Positions 45,845-54,013 of a stretch of 64,000 nucleotides of DNA are shown in pieces. A program made the translations under genes and the position numbers. Origin of the DNA: an uncultured Gemmatimonadaceae bacterium (lineage in GTDB: Bacteria > Gemmatimonadota > Gemmatimonadetes > Gemmatimonadales > Gemmatimonadaceae); NCBI GenBank assembly GCA_963716745.1, contig OY970320.1, positions 2,016,001-2,080,000 of the forward strand, written 5' to 3'. The notes below the pieces were generated by a model. The model was not told where the DNA came from and did no database searches. It worked only from the letters and a program-made list of their open reading frames with translations. The stretch's first letter is position 1; each line of letters starts with the position of its first letter.

Positions 45845-46103
45845 CGGCCACCAACAATCCGGCATCGTTGAGCGCCGCGATCAGCGCGCGTGTCTCTTCG
45901 CGCGCCACGGGCTCGGTCACGGTGTACTCCGCCGCGAGTGTCTGCACGATCTCATCCTCCACGCGCCCCTCGAGCAGCAGCGCCCAGATGCGCGTACCGG
46001 TCGCGTTCAGCGAATGGTAACGATTGGTGCGGAGATTCAACAACACCGCACCCTCGGCGAGCGTCGCGGCGAGCGCGTCGGGTGTCGCGCGCCATCGGGT
46101 CAT
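45834..46103 (-). CDS. PqqD-family protein/RiPP recognition element (RRE)
   Basis: 89 aa with GAVLLNL....YHSLNATGTRIW.LL and L...Y.V.......L...GLL pattern; ATGA overlap with the kinase. Confidence 0.9.
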   Translation of the reverse strand: MTRWRATPDALAATLAEGAVLLNLRTNRYHSLNATGTRIWALLLEGRVEDEIVQTLAAEYTVTEPVAREETRALIAALNDAGLLVADAS

Positions 46104-46859
46104 GACAGCGCACCCGCGAGCGTGCCGGCGATCGCGTGCAACTGCCGGGCGGTGTGAGCTGAGACGGAACGCCGGGGCGTCCGTTACGAGCGCCCGCAGC
46201 GTCTCGAGGTGCGCCTCCGAGTGGCCGTCCGGCATCATCACCCAGGTGGATTGTCGTACGAGCTGCAGCAGTGCTTCCGCGGCCGCCATGGGCAGCAGCT
46301 CGTCGCGGTCGCCGCGCTCCAGGAAGACGATCGCCGCGACGCGCGCGCGCTGCACGACGGGAAATCGCATCGGTACACGGTCGCGCTCATCGCGGAATCC
46401 CGGAGGCGGCGCGACGCCGGTGAGTTCGGGGAATTCTGGGGCGAGCGCACGGCTTACGGCGAGCGGTTCGCGCCACGCGTGCGCGACGACTCCCGTCGGT
46501 GTGCGCTCGACGATCACGCCATCGTCGCCCATCAGTCTCCAGCCGGCGCGTACGAGCGCGTAGGCGAGCGTGGACTTTCCCGTTCCGTTCCCGCCGGCGA
46601 GGATCCAGGCGCGGCCCTTCGGATCCGCCACCGCCGCGGCGTGCACGTGGAAGCGGCCGAGGGCGCGCAGGCGCACGATCGCGCCCACGCGTGCGAGGAA
46701 CTGGCGCTCGGGGGTGGCGGTGGTGGCGTAGCGATCGCCGCGTTGCAGGCGGCCACGGCGCACGGTGAGCGTGCCGCCGTCGGGCATCAGCTTGAGCACC
46801 GAGCCGGCTGCGTCGGTGAAAGCATCGATCGGACCGGCGGTCCAGGCGAACCCGGGCAC
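46100..46859 (-). CDS. HPr-kinase-related P-loop kinase (probable frameshift near 46158)
   Basis: HVHAAAV, AGGNGTGKSTLA, GWRLMGDD; GGAG RBS before GTG at 46859. Confidence 0.85.
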
Positions 46860-46879
46860 GGGCTCCGCCTGTTGCGGCG

Positions 46880-47104
46880 TCAGCAGCCGAACTTCTGTCC
46901 GCTTACTCCACAGGTGATCTGCAGCGCGAACGCGACGCCGGCGGGGCCGAAGAAATGCTTCGTCAGCACCGTGAGCGATTCGTGGGTCGCGAGCTGCGGA
47001 GTCTCCCAACGGAGACGCGCCGCGCCCGATGTGTCGGGAGCGGGATCGCCGGAGCCGAGCGGAATGTTCGAACCGTCGAGGGGAGAATTGGCCATCGAGC
47101 GCAT
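46880..47104 (-). CDS. Putative RiPP precursor peptide with a lasso-type leader
   Basis: WETPQLATHESLTVLTK matches (Y/W)xxPxLxxx(G)xxxxxTx spacing; first gene before kinase and RRE. Confidence 0.7.
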   Translation of the reverse strand: MRSMANSPLDGSNIPLGSGDPAPDTSGAARLRWETPQLATHESLTVLTKHFFGPAGVAFALQITCGVSGQKFGC

Positions 47105-47275
47105 GCGAGTTAGGGACTAACTCTCTTCATATTCCAATGACTCGCACGGGTTCCGGCGGTCACTTTTTCTATCGCGAGGGCGGAGGTGACCCCTGTCACA
47201 GAGCGTTCCAGGGTGCTCCCATACCGCTTAGAGAAGAATGTACGGCGAGAGGAAGGGAGGCGCAACCGAACAACC

Positions 47276-47300
47276 GACGTTGGACGTGAGACGTTGGAAC
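47276..47300 (+). repeat. 3x GACGTT(R)-like heptamer plus GAAC
   Basis: gacgttg gacgtga gacgttg gaac. Confidence 0.7.
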
Positions 47301-47346
47301 CCCTCTCGCTTGACCTACAGGGGGCGCGGGGGCAGGATGGACGCCC

Positions 47347-48777
47347 ATGACGCGTAACAGATGGGTCGCGGTGGGGATCGGAGCGCTCGCCGCGATCGGG
47401 GCGGGGTTCGTTTGGTATGCGACGAGCGCGGGAGTGGGGCTGTTAAGCAATGACTCGTTCCTGTATGCGACGCTGGCGAAGGAACTGCGCGGCGGGCGGG
47501 CGCTGTCGAGCATCGCGGTGCCGCCGGGATTCCCCGCGATGCTGGCGATGGGCGCGGATCCGTTCGCGACCGCGAGGATCCTGAACGTCGTTTCCGTCGC
47601 GGCGTTGGTGGCGCTCACCGGCGGCATCGTGTGGTGGAGCACGCGACGCGCGGCGCCGTCGATGTTCGCGGCGGCGCTCGTGGCCGGCGCCAAGCCGCTG
47701 CTCGCGGTGCACGCGATGATGCTGTCCGAGCCGCTGGCGCTCGTGGTGGGTGCGGCGGGGCTCTGGCTCACGCTCGTCGCGCTCGACCGCGACCGCACTT
47801 CGGTCTGGTGCGCGGCGGCGCTCGCGCTCGGGCTCGCGGCGTTCGTGCGATACGCGGCGGTGGCGTATCCGCTCGCGGCCGTGACGCTGGTCGCGCTCGA
47901 GCGGCGCTGGCGCCGGGCCGCGCTGCTCGCGGCGATCTCGGCGCTCCCGCTCGCGATCTGGCTGGCGCGCAACATGCTCGTGGCCGGCGCTCCGACGGAT
48001 CGCATGTTCGCATACCACGCGATGCCGGCGCGCGTCGCGGGCTGGGGACGCGACGCGGTGAGCGTGTGGTTCGACCCGCTCGGGATCGCATTCGGCGGCC
48101 ACCCCGACCTGCGGTGGACCGCAGTGATCGCCGCGGCGCTGCTGTTCGCGTGGGCGATCGCACGCGGTGGCCGCCTCGCGCGACTGGCGGGCCTGTTCGC
48201 GGCGATGTACGTGCTCTTGCTGGTCGTGGTGATCGAATTCTTCGACGCATCAACGATCTTCGATTCGCGAATGCTGGTGCCAGTGTACGTCGCAGCGGTG
48301 CTCGCGGGATCGTGCGCGTTCGCGGCGCTGCTCGTGGCGCCGCGCTGGGCGCCATGGGCGGCGGCCGCGGCCACGCTATTCGTGATCGCGCACGCGTACG
48401 CGGATGTTCGATTCGCGCAGCGAATCCATCCGCAAGGCTGGGGCGCGACGATCGCCGCCTGGCGCGAGTCGCGTCTGGTGGGCGCCGTGAATGCGCTGCC
48501 GCCCGGCACGGAAGTCTGGACGAACGCGCTCTTGCAGCTGCCGTGGGTGAGTGCAGAGCCGGTGCACGCACTCCCGCGCCCCCGCACGCGCATTGGTGGC
48601 GTGCCCTGGGCCGGCTACGATTCCGCGCTCGCGGCCATACCCAGTGGCGCGTACGTCGCACAATTCGGCGATTCTGCGACGTACCAGGGAGCCGCGGTGC
48701 GGGATCTCGTGCGCACGCGCGGGTTGGAAGTTGTTGCCGAAGCGCCGGAGGGCGCGCTCTACAGGGTGAAACGTTAG
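47347..48777 (+). CDS. Polytopic membrane glycosyltransferase (GT-C, ArnT/PMT-like)
   Basis: DSFLY, PPGFP, LSEPL, VRY motifs; many TM helices; TTGACC-17-CAGGAT promoter-like site upstream. Confidence 0.7.
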   Translation: MTRNRWVAVGIGALAAIGAGFVWYATSAGVGLLSNDSFLYATLAKELRGGRALSSIAVPPGFPAMLAMGADPFATARILNVVSVAALVALTGGIVWWSTRRAAPSMFAAALVAGAKPLLAVHAMMLSEPLALVVGAAGLWLTLVALDRDRTSVWCAAALALGLAAFVRYAAVAYPLAAVTLVALERRWRRAALLAAISALPLAIWLARNMLVAGAPTDRMFAYHAMPARVAGWGRDAVSVWFDPLGIAFGGHPDLRWTAVIAAALLFAWAIARGGRLARLAGLFAAMYVLLLVVVIEFFDASTIFDSRMLVPVYVAAVLAGSCAFAALLVAPRWAPWAAAAATLFVIAHAYADVRFAQRIHPQGWGATIAAWRESRLVGAVNALPPGTEVWTNALLQLPWVSAEPVHALPRPRTRIGGVPWAGYDSALAAIPSGAYVAQFGDSATYQGAAVRDLVRTRGLEVVAEAPEGALYRVKR

Positions 48778-48794
48778 ACGTTGGACGTTAGAAC
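48770..48794 (+). repeat. 3x GACGTT(R)-like heptamer plus GAAC, supplies the stop codon of the upstream gene
   Basis: aacgtta gacgttg gacgtta gaac. Confidence 0.7.
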
Positions 48795-48874
48795 TTCCGA
48801 ATGAATTCGAGTGGCTTCACCATGCGCATGATCGTCCGCCTCCTGGCACGCTTCACTGTCGCGGAGGATCCCAC

Positions 48875-50371
48875 ATGCGTCACACACTGATCATCTCTGG
48901 CCTCGCTTCGTGCGTGGCCGCTATTGCCGGTTGCAAGTCCAACGATACGGGCTCGACGGGTCCCACGGGCCCGAGCGGATATGCGGCCAACATCACGAAA
49001 GTGAGCGGTGACGATCAGACGGGCACGTTCCTATCGCCCGTTCCAGTGCCGCTCGTCGTCGAGGTGACCGACTCAGCGGGCAAACCCGTGACCGACGCCA
49101 GCGTCGCGTGGGCGGTCAACCTCCTCGATGCCTCGCAGCTCCTGCAGGTATCGACCACCGATGGCAGCGGCCAGACTCAACTCTCGCCCGTTCTCGGGGG
49201 GCGGCCGGGCGCCTTCTCCGTGGTGGCCGCGATCAACAGCAAGGCCGTCACCTTCACGGGGACCTCGAACGTGGCCTTAGGCGCGGGTCTCAAGAACTTC
49301 ACGACCAATCTCTTCGCCAAGTGCGCCCTCGACACGCAGGGCAACGCGCTCTGCTGGGGCAACGGTCTGTTCGGCCAACTCGGACCCACGACGACCGGCC
49401 CCGTCACCGGGCCGGTGCCGATTCCTGGTGGCCACGCGTTCACGCAGATCAGCGGCAACGGGGGCTTGGACTGCGGACTCACGGCCGGCGGCGCAATGTA
49501 CTGCTGGGGCAACGCCATGTATCCGCAGATCGGAAGCGGAGCGCCGGGCACCGGAACCTTCACGACGCCGGTCGCGGCCGGCAATGGCAAGATCTTCAGT
49601 CAGATCGCGGTCGGCTACGCGGTCGCGTGCGGCATCTCGTCGGGCGTGACGTATTGCTGGGGCTTCGGCCACCAGGGCGCGCTGGGCACGGGAGACACGG
49701 CCACACGCTTCGTGCCCACCGCGGTGCAGGTCCCGTCGGGAGTCGCGTTCACCTCGCTTGCGGCAGCCAGCGGCGGATTCACCTGCGGGCTCACATCCGC
49801 AGGCGCGGCGTATTGCTGGGGTGAGAACGACGTTGGAGAACTTGGCACGGGCAGCAGCTCGCCGAGTATCTCGCTCGTGCCCCTCCAAGTGACCGGCGGT
49901 CACACATTCAGCACGCTCGTCGTGAGTCTCTCGGCGGCATGCGGATTGACCTCGGGCGGCGCCGTGTACTGCTGGGGACATGGCGCCAATGGCAACGGCA
50001 CGACGGCCGACGAATATTCTCCCACGGCAATTTCGCAGAGCGGCCTGACCTTCACGCAGCTCTCCGCGACCGGCGGTCTGGGTGCCGTCTGCGCCTTGAC
50101 GTCCGCGGGCGCGGCGTACTGCTGGGGCAGCAACATATACGGCGATTTGGGAAGCGGGTCGTTCGCGACCAGCGGTACGACGCCTGTTCCGGTGACCGGC
50201 GGCCACGTCTTCAGCGCGGTCGTGCCCGGTCCGTTGAGCACCTGCGGATATTCGACGGGCCAGGTGATGTATTGCTGGGGCGCGAACCAATCGAGAGAGC
50301 TCGGACTCGATCCCGGGGCCGACACGATGTACGCGGTGCCGCAGGCGGTGCCGGGGTTGGGCAAGCCGTAG
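48875..50371 (+). CDS. Lipoprotein with an Ig-like domain and RCC1/BLIP-II repeats
   Basis: Lipobox IAGC, SGDDQTG Ig motif, repeated CGLT..GAAYCWG.N..G.LG. Confidence 0.9.
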   Translation: MRHTLIISGLASCVAAIAGCKSNDTGSTGPTGPSGYAANITKVSGDDQTGTFLSPVPVPLVVEVTDSAGKPVTDASVAWAVNLLDASQLLQVSTTDGSGQTQLSPVLGGRPGAFSVVAAINSKAVTFTGTSNVALGAGLKNFTTNLFAKCALDTQGNALCWGNGLFGQLGPTTTGPVTGPVPIPGGHAFTQISGNGGLDCGLTAGGAMYCWGNAMYPQIGSGAPGTGTFTTPVAAGNGKIFSQIAVGYAVACGISSGVTYCWGFGHQGALGTGDTATRFVPTAVQVPSGVAFTSLAAASGGFTCGLTSAGAAYCWGENDVGELGTGSSSPSISLVPLQVTGGHTFSTLVVSLSAACGLTSGGAVYCWGHGANGNGTTADEYSPTAISQSGLTFTQLSATGGLGAVCALTSAGAAYCWGSNIYGDLGSGSFATSGTTPVPVTGGHVFSAVVPGPLSTCGYSTGQVMYCWGANQSRELGLDPGADTMYAVPQAVPGLGKP

Positions 50372-50475
50372 GCGCTCGGCGCGCGCCGCTCTCTTCTCCG
50401 GCTAGAGCGCCAGGTCTATATTCAGCGATCGGACGTCCATTGTCAGTCGTCAAACGTTGGCCGTTCGAAAACTGC

Positions 50476-50547
50476 GGCGCGGTAGCCAAGTGGTAAGGCA
50501 GCGGTCTGCAAAACCGCTATTCGCCGGTTCGATTCCGGCCCGCGCCT
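50476..50547 (+). tRNA. tRNA-Cys (GCA), CCA not encoded
   Basis: Cloverleaf: acceptor GGCGCGG/CCGCGCC, anticodon loop CTGCAAA, T-arm GGTTCGATTCC, U73 discriminator. Confidence 0.97.
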
Positions 50548-50554
50548 CTCTTCA

Positions 50555-50599
50555 GAACGACGCGCGCCCGGCAGACTGCCCGGGCGCGCGTTGTCGTTC
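50555..50599. terminator. GC-rich hairpin between convergent tRNA and CDS
   Basis: gaacgacgcgcgcccgg...cgggcgcgcgttgtcgttc. Confidence 0.65.
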
Positions 50600-50612
50600 A
50601 GGTCCTGCGCGG

Positions 50613-52220
50613 CTACGGAGAAGTGAAGGCCACCAGCCCGGAATAGCTCACCCCATAGAGCAGGCCGCCCTTCGACGGGTCGTTCACGATCACCGGGTTC
50701 CACACCGTATTCGGATACGCGAGCACCAAGTGCGAGAGCTGGCGGCCGGTGATGAGATCGAGCACATGGATCCCATCGGAGTTCGATGTGGCGATCAGCG
50801 TGGCGCTCCCGAGCGCGGCGGCGAGCGTGGTGGTGGGCCCGCCGATCGAACCGATGTACGTGCTCAGCCCGTTGATCGTACCGGAGCGCCAGAGGAGCGC
50901 ACCCGTCGCCGCGCTGTGCGACTCGACGCCCGTGGAGGTCGCGATGATCACCGCGCGATTCGCGATGACCGGTGCCTGCTGCCCCGGGCTGGAAACGGTC
51001 CATGACCACACGACATGCAGGTCCGACTGCGCGCGCGCGACGAGTGTGTTGTTGTTCTCGATGAGGTACACGTTCGCGGCATCGGCGCTGATCTTGCTCG
51101 TCGGCTTCGTGCCGACGAACGCGAGCCTCGTGCCCACGGCCTTCGAGAGCGCGTAGACGCCGGGGAGCGGCGGATTGGTCACGGTGGCCGCGGCCCAGTA
51201 GTCGCCGGCGACGAACAGCGTGGTGCCGCTGAGCGCGATGCCGGCGATGTCATCGTATCCGTCGCCGCGCGCGGTGCCATAGCTGTTCGCGGTCCACGTT
51301 TTCGCCCCGGCGGTGGTCATGCGGGCTACGAAGGGGCCGGGTCCGTCCACGTGCCAGCGGTGGTCCACGTACAGCCCGCTCGTATCGGCGAGCGTCTCTC
51401 CCCAGCGGTCCACGCCGCTGAACCAGAGCCGCGAGCCCGAGCTGGTGTCCAGGAAGCCGATCCCGTCATCCTGGAACACGAAGCGGGTGCCCCACACCGA
51501 GCCCCACTGGCCGATGTTGGTGTCGTAGCCGCCGTCGAAGGTCCACGCGCGATGGCCGGCGGTGGTGACGCGGTCCACGTCGGTCGCGCCGGTGTAGCCG
51601 CTGCCGAGCACCGACTGCGCGCTCCACTGGAGGAAGATCGCGTCGGCGGTGGGCAGCGCGTTGAGCACGTATTGGAACGGGCGCGTGCTGGACGGCGCCG
51701 CCGGCGTGTAGCTCCACGCTTTCGTGAGCGGACCTTTGATGCTGGCCTGCGACGCGCCAGCGCGGGTGCCATCGTGCCCGTAGGTGACCCAATCGTCGCG
51801 CACGCCCGGCGCGGCGGCGGTCGCGTTGAAGGTGAGCTTCGTCGACAAGTCGGTCATCGTCGCGAGCACCGAGCTCGTACCGGCCAGGCCGCCGAACGTG
51901 AGCGTCGCTTGCGCTCTCCCATTACGGTCGGTGACCGACGTGGGCGCGTCGAGCGCGCCCTGTCCGGCGACGGTCCAGGTGATGGTGAGGCCCTCGATGG
52001 GCACCGTGTCGGCATCCGTGACTCTCACGACGAACGGGCGCGGGAGCGCCGTGTTGATCACCCCGAACTGCGTGTCGCCGCTGACGATCGTGAACGACGC
52101 CGGCGGGCCGTGTTTGGGCTGAGTGCTTTCATTGCACGCCAACGCGAAGAGCGAAAGGCCAGCGAGCACCGTCAGCACCGCTGCGGGCTTGCGCGAGGTT
52201 CTCGGGATCATCGGGACCAT
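50613..52220 (-). CDS. Lipoprotein with an Ig-like (Big_1) domain and a PQQ-like beta-propeller
   Basis: Lipobox ALAC, VSGDTQ Ig motif, DWVTYGHDGTRAG, repeated G..LW blades. Confidence 0.8.
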   Translation of the reverse strand: MVPMIPRTSRKPAAVLTVLAGLSLFALACNESTQPKHGPPASFTIVSGDTQFGVINTALPRPFVVRVTDADTVPIEGLTITWTVAGQGALDAPTSVTDRNGRAQATLTFGGLAGTSSVLATMTDLSTKLTFNATAAAPGVRDDWVTYGHDGTRAGASQASIKGPLTKAWSYTPAAPSSTRPFQYVLNALPTADAIFLQWSAQSVLGSGYTGATDVDRVTTAGHRAWTFDGGYDTNIGQWGSVWGTRFVFQDDGIGFLDTSSGSRLWFSGVDRWGETLADTSGLYVDHRWHVDGPGPFVARMTTAGAKTWTANSYGTARGDGYDDIAGIALSGTTLFVAGDYWAAATVTNPPLPGVYALSKAVGTRLAFVGTKPTSKISADAANVYLIENNNTLVARAQSDLHVVWSWTVSSPGQQAPVIANRAVIIATSTGVESHSAATGALLWRSGTINGLSTYIGSIGGPTTTLAAALGSATLIATSNSDGIHVLDLITGRQLSHLVLAYPNTVWNPVIVNDPSKGGLLYGVSYSGLVAFTSP

Positions 52221-52324
52221 CCGGTGAGTGTGAGCCGGTCGAACGCTAGACGGCCCGACACGGCTTGGGCAACCGAATGGAAGGCGTCAATTTCGTGGCG
52301 CGTGGAACGGTTCTTGCCTGCCCG

Positions 52325-54013
52325 TCACTCCCTGTCGGTCGAGACGCGGAACGGCGGCGCCTTGTAGCCGGGCGGGCGCTGCGATTCAGGAATGGCCAAG
52401 GCGTTGCCGTCGCGCAGCGCGAAGAAATTGGGCGACATGATCTCGACACCCGCGGCGTTGAACTTCTCCTGGATGCTGCTGTGCAGATCGCCGTAGATGG
52501 CCGGCTGCAGATCGGCGCGGGTCGTGAACGCGTTCAGCTGATAGGCGACATTGAAGTCGCCGAGTCCGGTCTGAAGCACGAAGGGCGCGGGATCGGTCTC
52601 GATGTAGGCGGTGGCATGCGCGGCCGCGATCAACAGTTCGTGCACCCTTCGCCACGGCGCGTCGTAGCCGATGGTGACGGTCGTGTGCAGGATGAGTTTC
52701 CCCAGCCCCGCCTGCGCGGTGAAGTTCTCGATCGGTCCCGCGAGCACGACGGCGTTGGGCACCGAGATCTCGACGTTCTTCGGTGTGCGCAGGCGCGTCA
52801 CGAGCAGCGAGCGGGCGATCACCGCGCCCTCCACGGCGCCGATGCGCACCCAGTCGCCCACGTGGAAGGCGCGCGAATAGAGCAGCACCAGGCCGGCCAC
52901 GAGGTTCGAGATCGCCGAGCTGGAACCGAACGAGACCAGAACGCCGAGGAAGATCGAGACGCCCTTGATCGCGTCGGAATTCGCGCCCGGCAGGTACGGG
53001 AACATCAGGGCGAAGGCCAGCGCGACGATGAACGCACGCGCGATCTGGAACGTGGGCGCCGCCCATTCGCGCTCGAAGTTCTGGATCTTGATGTTGCCCG
53101 ACCGGACGGCATTGAAGAACGCGCGCACTCCGCGCAGGACCACGCGCGCGCCGAACCCGATGATGACCAGGACCACCAGGTCGGGCAGATAGTCGACGAC
53201 CGCGTTGGCCGCGCTCTTGAGCGGCACCGCGACGGACGCGATCAACCGGAGCGCGAAATCGGCCGTCTGCGGGAAGTCCGACAGCACCGTGGGCACGTAC
53301 ACAGCGACGAGGACGGTGTAGAACACCCAGCGAGCGAGCCCGGTGAGTCCGAGCAGGAAATCCACCACCCGATCGGCGGAGAGCCCTCCGATCCCCAGAC
53401 CCGCGATGAAGTCCGTGAGCTTCGCGCGGCTCCGGTCGAGCGCGCGGAGGAGGCGCGGGAAGAGCAGTCGTGCGATGAGCACGAGCACGAGCGCGATGCC
53501 CGTCTGCGTGGCCGCGACGCCGACATCGCGCCACATGGCGCCGGCCGTGCGCTCGGCCGCCGCCAGTGGGAGCATGCCGCGCACGCGCTTCGCGTAGAGT
53601 TCGGCCGCGGCATCGCGCGTGAGACCGACAGCCCGTGCATCGGAATCGGTGACGAAGAAGAGCGGCTGCGATCCGAGTGACACTTCGGTGCGCCGCGCAT
53701 CGCTGTAGACGCGCACCGAGTCGCCGGCCCCGACGCCCTTCTTCGCGACATTCACGAGCGCCGTGCTCACCCGCTTCGCCCGATCCGCGCTGGAGTACGC
53801 ACTCGTGCCGTCGAACAGGAAGAACAGCGTGTCGCCGTCGAGGACGATGGGACTGCCGGACTCGGCCATCGTGTCACGGGCGTCGGCCGCCGGCGGCGCC
53901 TGCGGCTTCGGCGATGCCTGGGCGCCGAGAGGCAGCGCCGGGGCCGCCAGCAGCGCCACGACCGCAAGGGCCGCGACGATGACCGATGGCCGATGGCCGA
54001 TGGCCGAGTTCAC
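52325..54013 (-). CDS. Small-conductance mechanosensitive channel (MscS family) with a periplasmic N-domain
   Basis: SSSAISNLVAG, FHVGDWVRIG, ISVPN, VTIGYD, GVEIMSP; GTGA overlap with the amidase. Confidence 0.9.
   Translation of the reverse strand: MNSAIGHRPSVIVAALAVVALLAAPALPLGAQASPKPQAPPAADARDTMAESGSPIVLDGDTLFFLFDGTSAYSSADRAKRVSTALVNVAKKGVGAGDSVRVYSDARRTEVSLGSQPLFFVTDSDARAVGLTRDAAAELYAKRVRGMLPLAAAERTAGAMWRDVGVAATQTGIALVLVLIARLLFPRLLRALDRSRAKLTDFIAGLGIGGLSADRVVDFLLGLTGLARWVFYTVLVAVYVPTVLSDFPQTADFALRLIASVAVPLKSAANAVVDYLPDLVVLVIIGFGARVVLRGVRAFFNAVRSGNIKIQNFEREWAAPTFQIARAFIVALAFALMFPYLPGANSDAIKGVSIFLGVLVSFGSSSAISNLVAGLVLLYSRAFHVGDWVRIGAVEGAVIARSLLVTRLRTPKNVEISVPNAVVLAGPIENFTAQAGLGKLILHTTVTIGYDAPWRRVHELLIAAAHATAYIETDPAPFVLQTGLGDFNVAYQLNAFTTRADLQPAIYGDLHSSIQEKFNAAGVEIMSPNFFALRDGNALAIPESQRPPGYKAPPFRVSTDRE

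Noticed and set aside
45834..47104. Canonical lasso peptide or PQQ biosynthesis cluster
   Set aside because: No B2 peptidase, adjacent cyclase or acidic ring residue; no pqqB/C/E or ExxxY precursor.
43380..48794. Integron attC sites (GTTAGAC/GTTGGAC match GTTRRRY)
   Set aside because: The motifs are tandem heptamers without properly paired R''/L''-L'/R' boxes, and there is no integron integrase in the window.
50476..50547. tRNA-anchored prophage or integrative element
   Set aside because: No integrase, and no duplicated tRNA 3' end was seen in the window.
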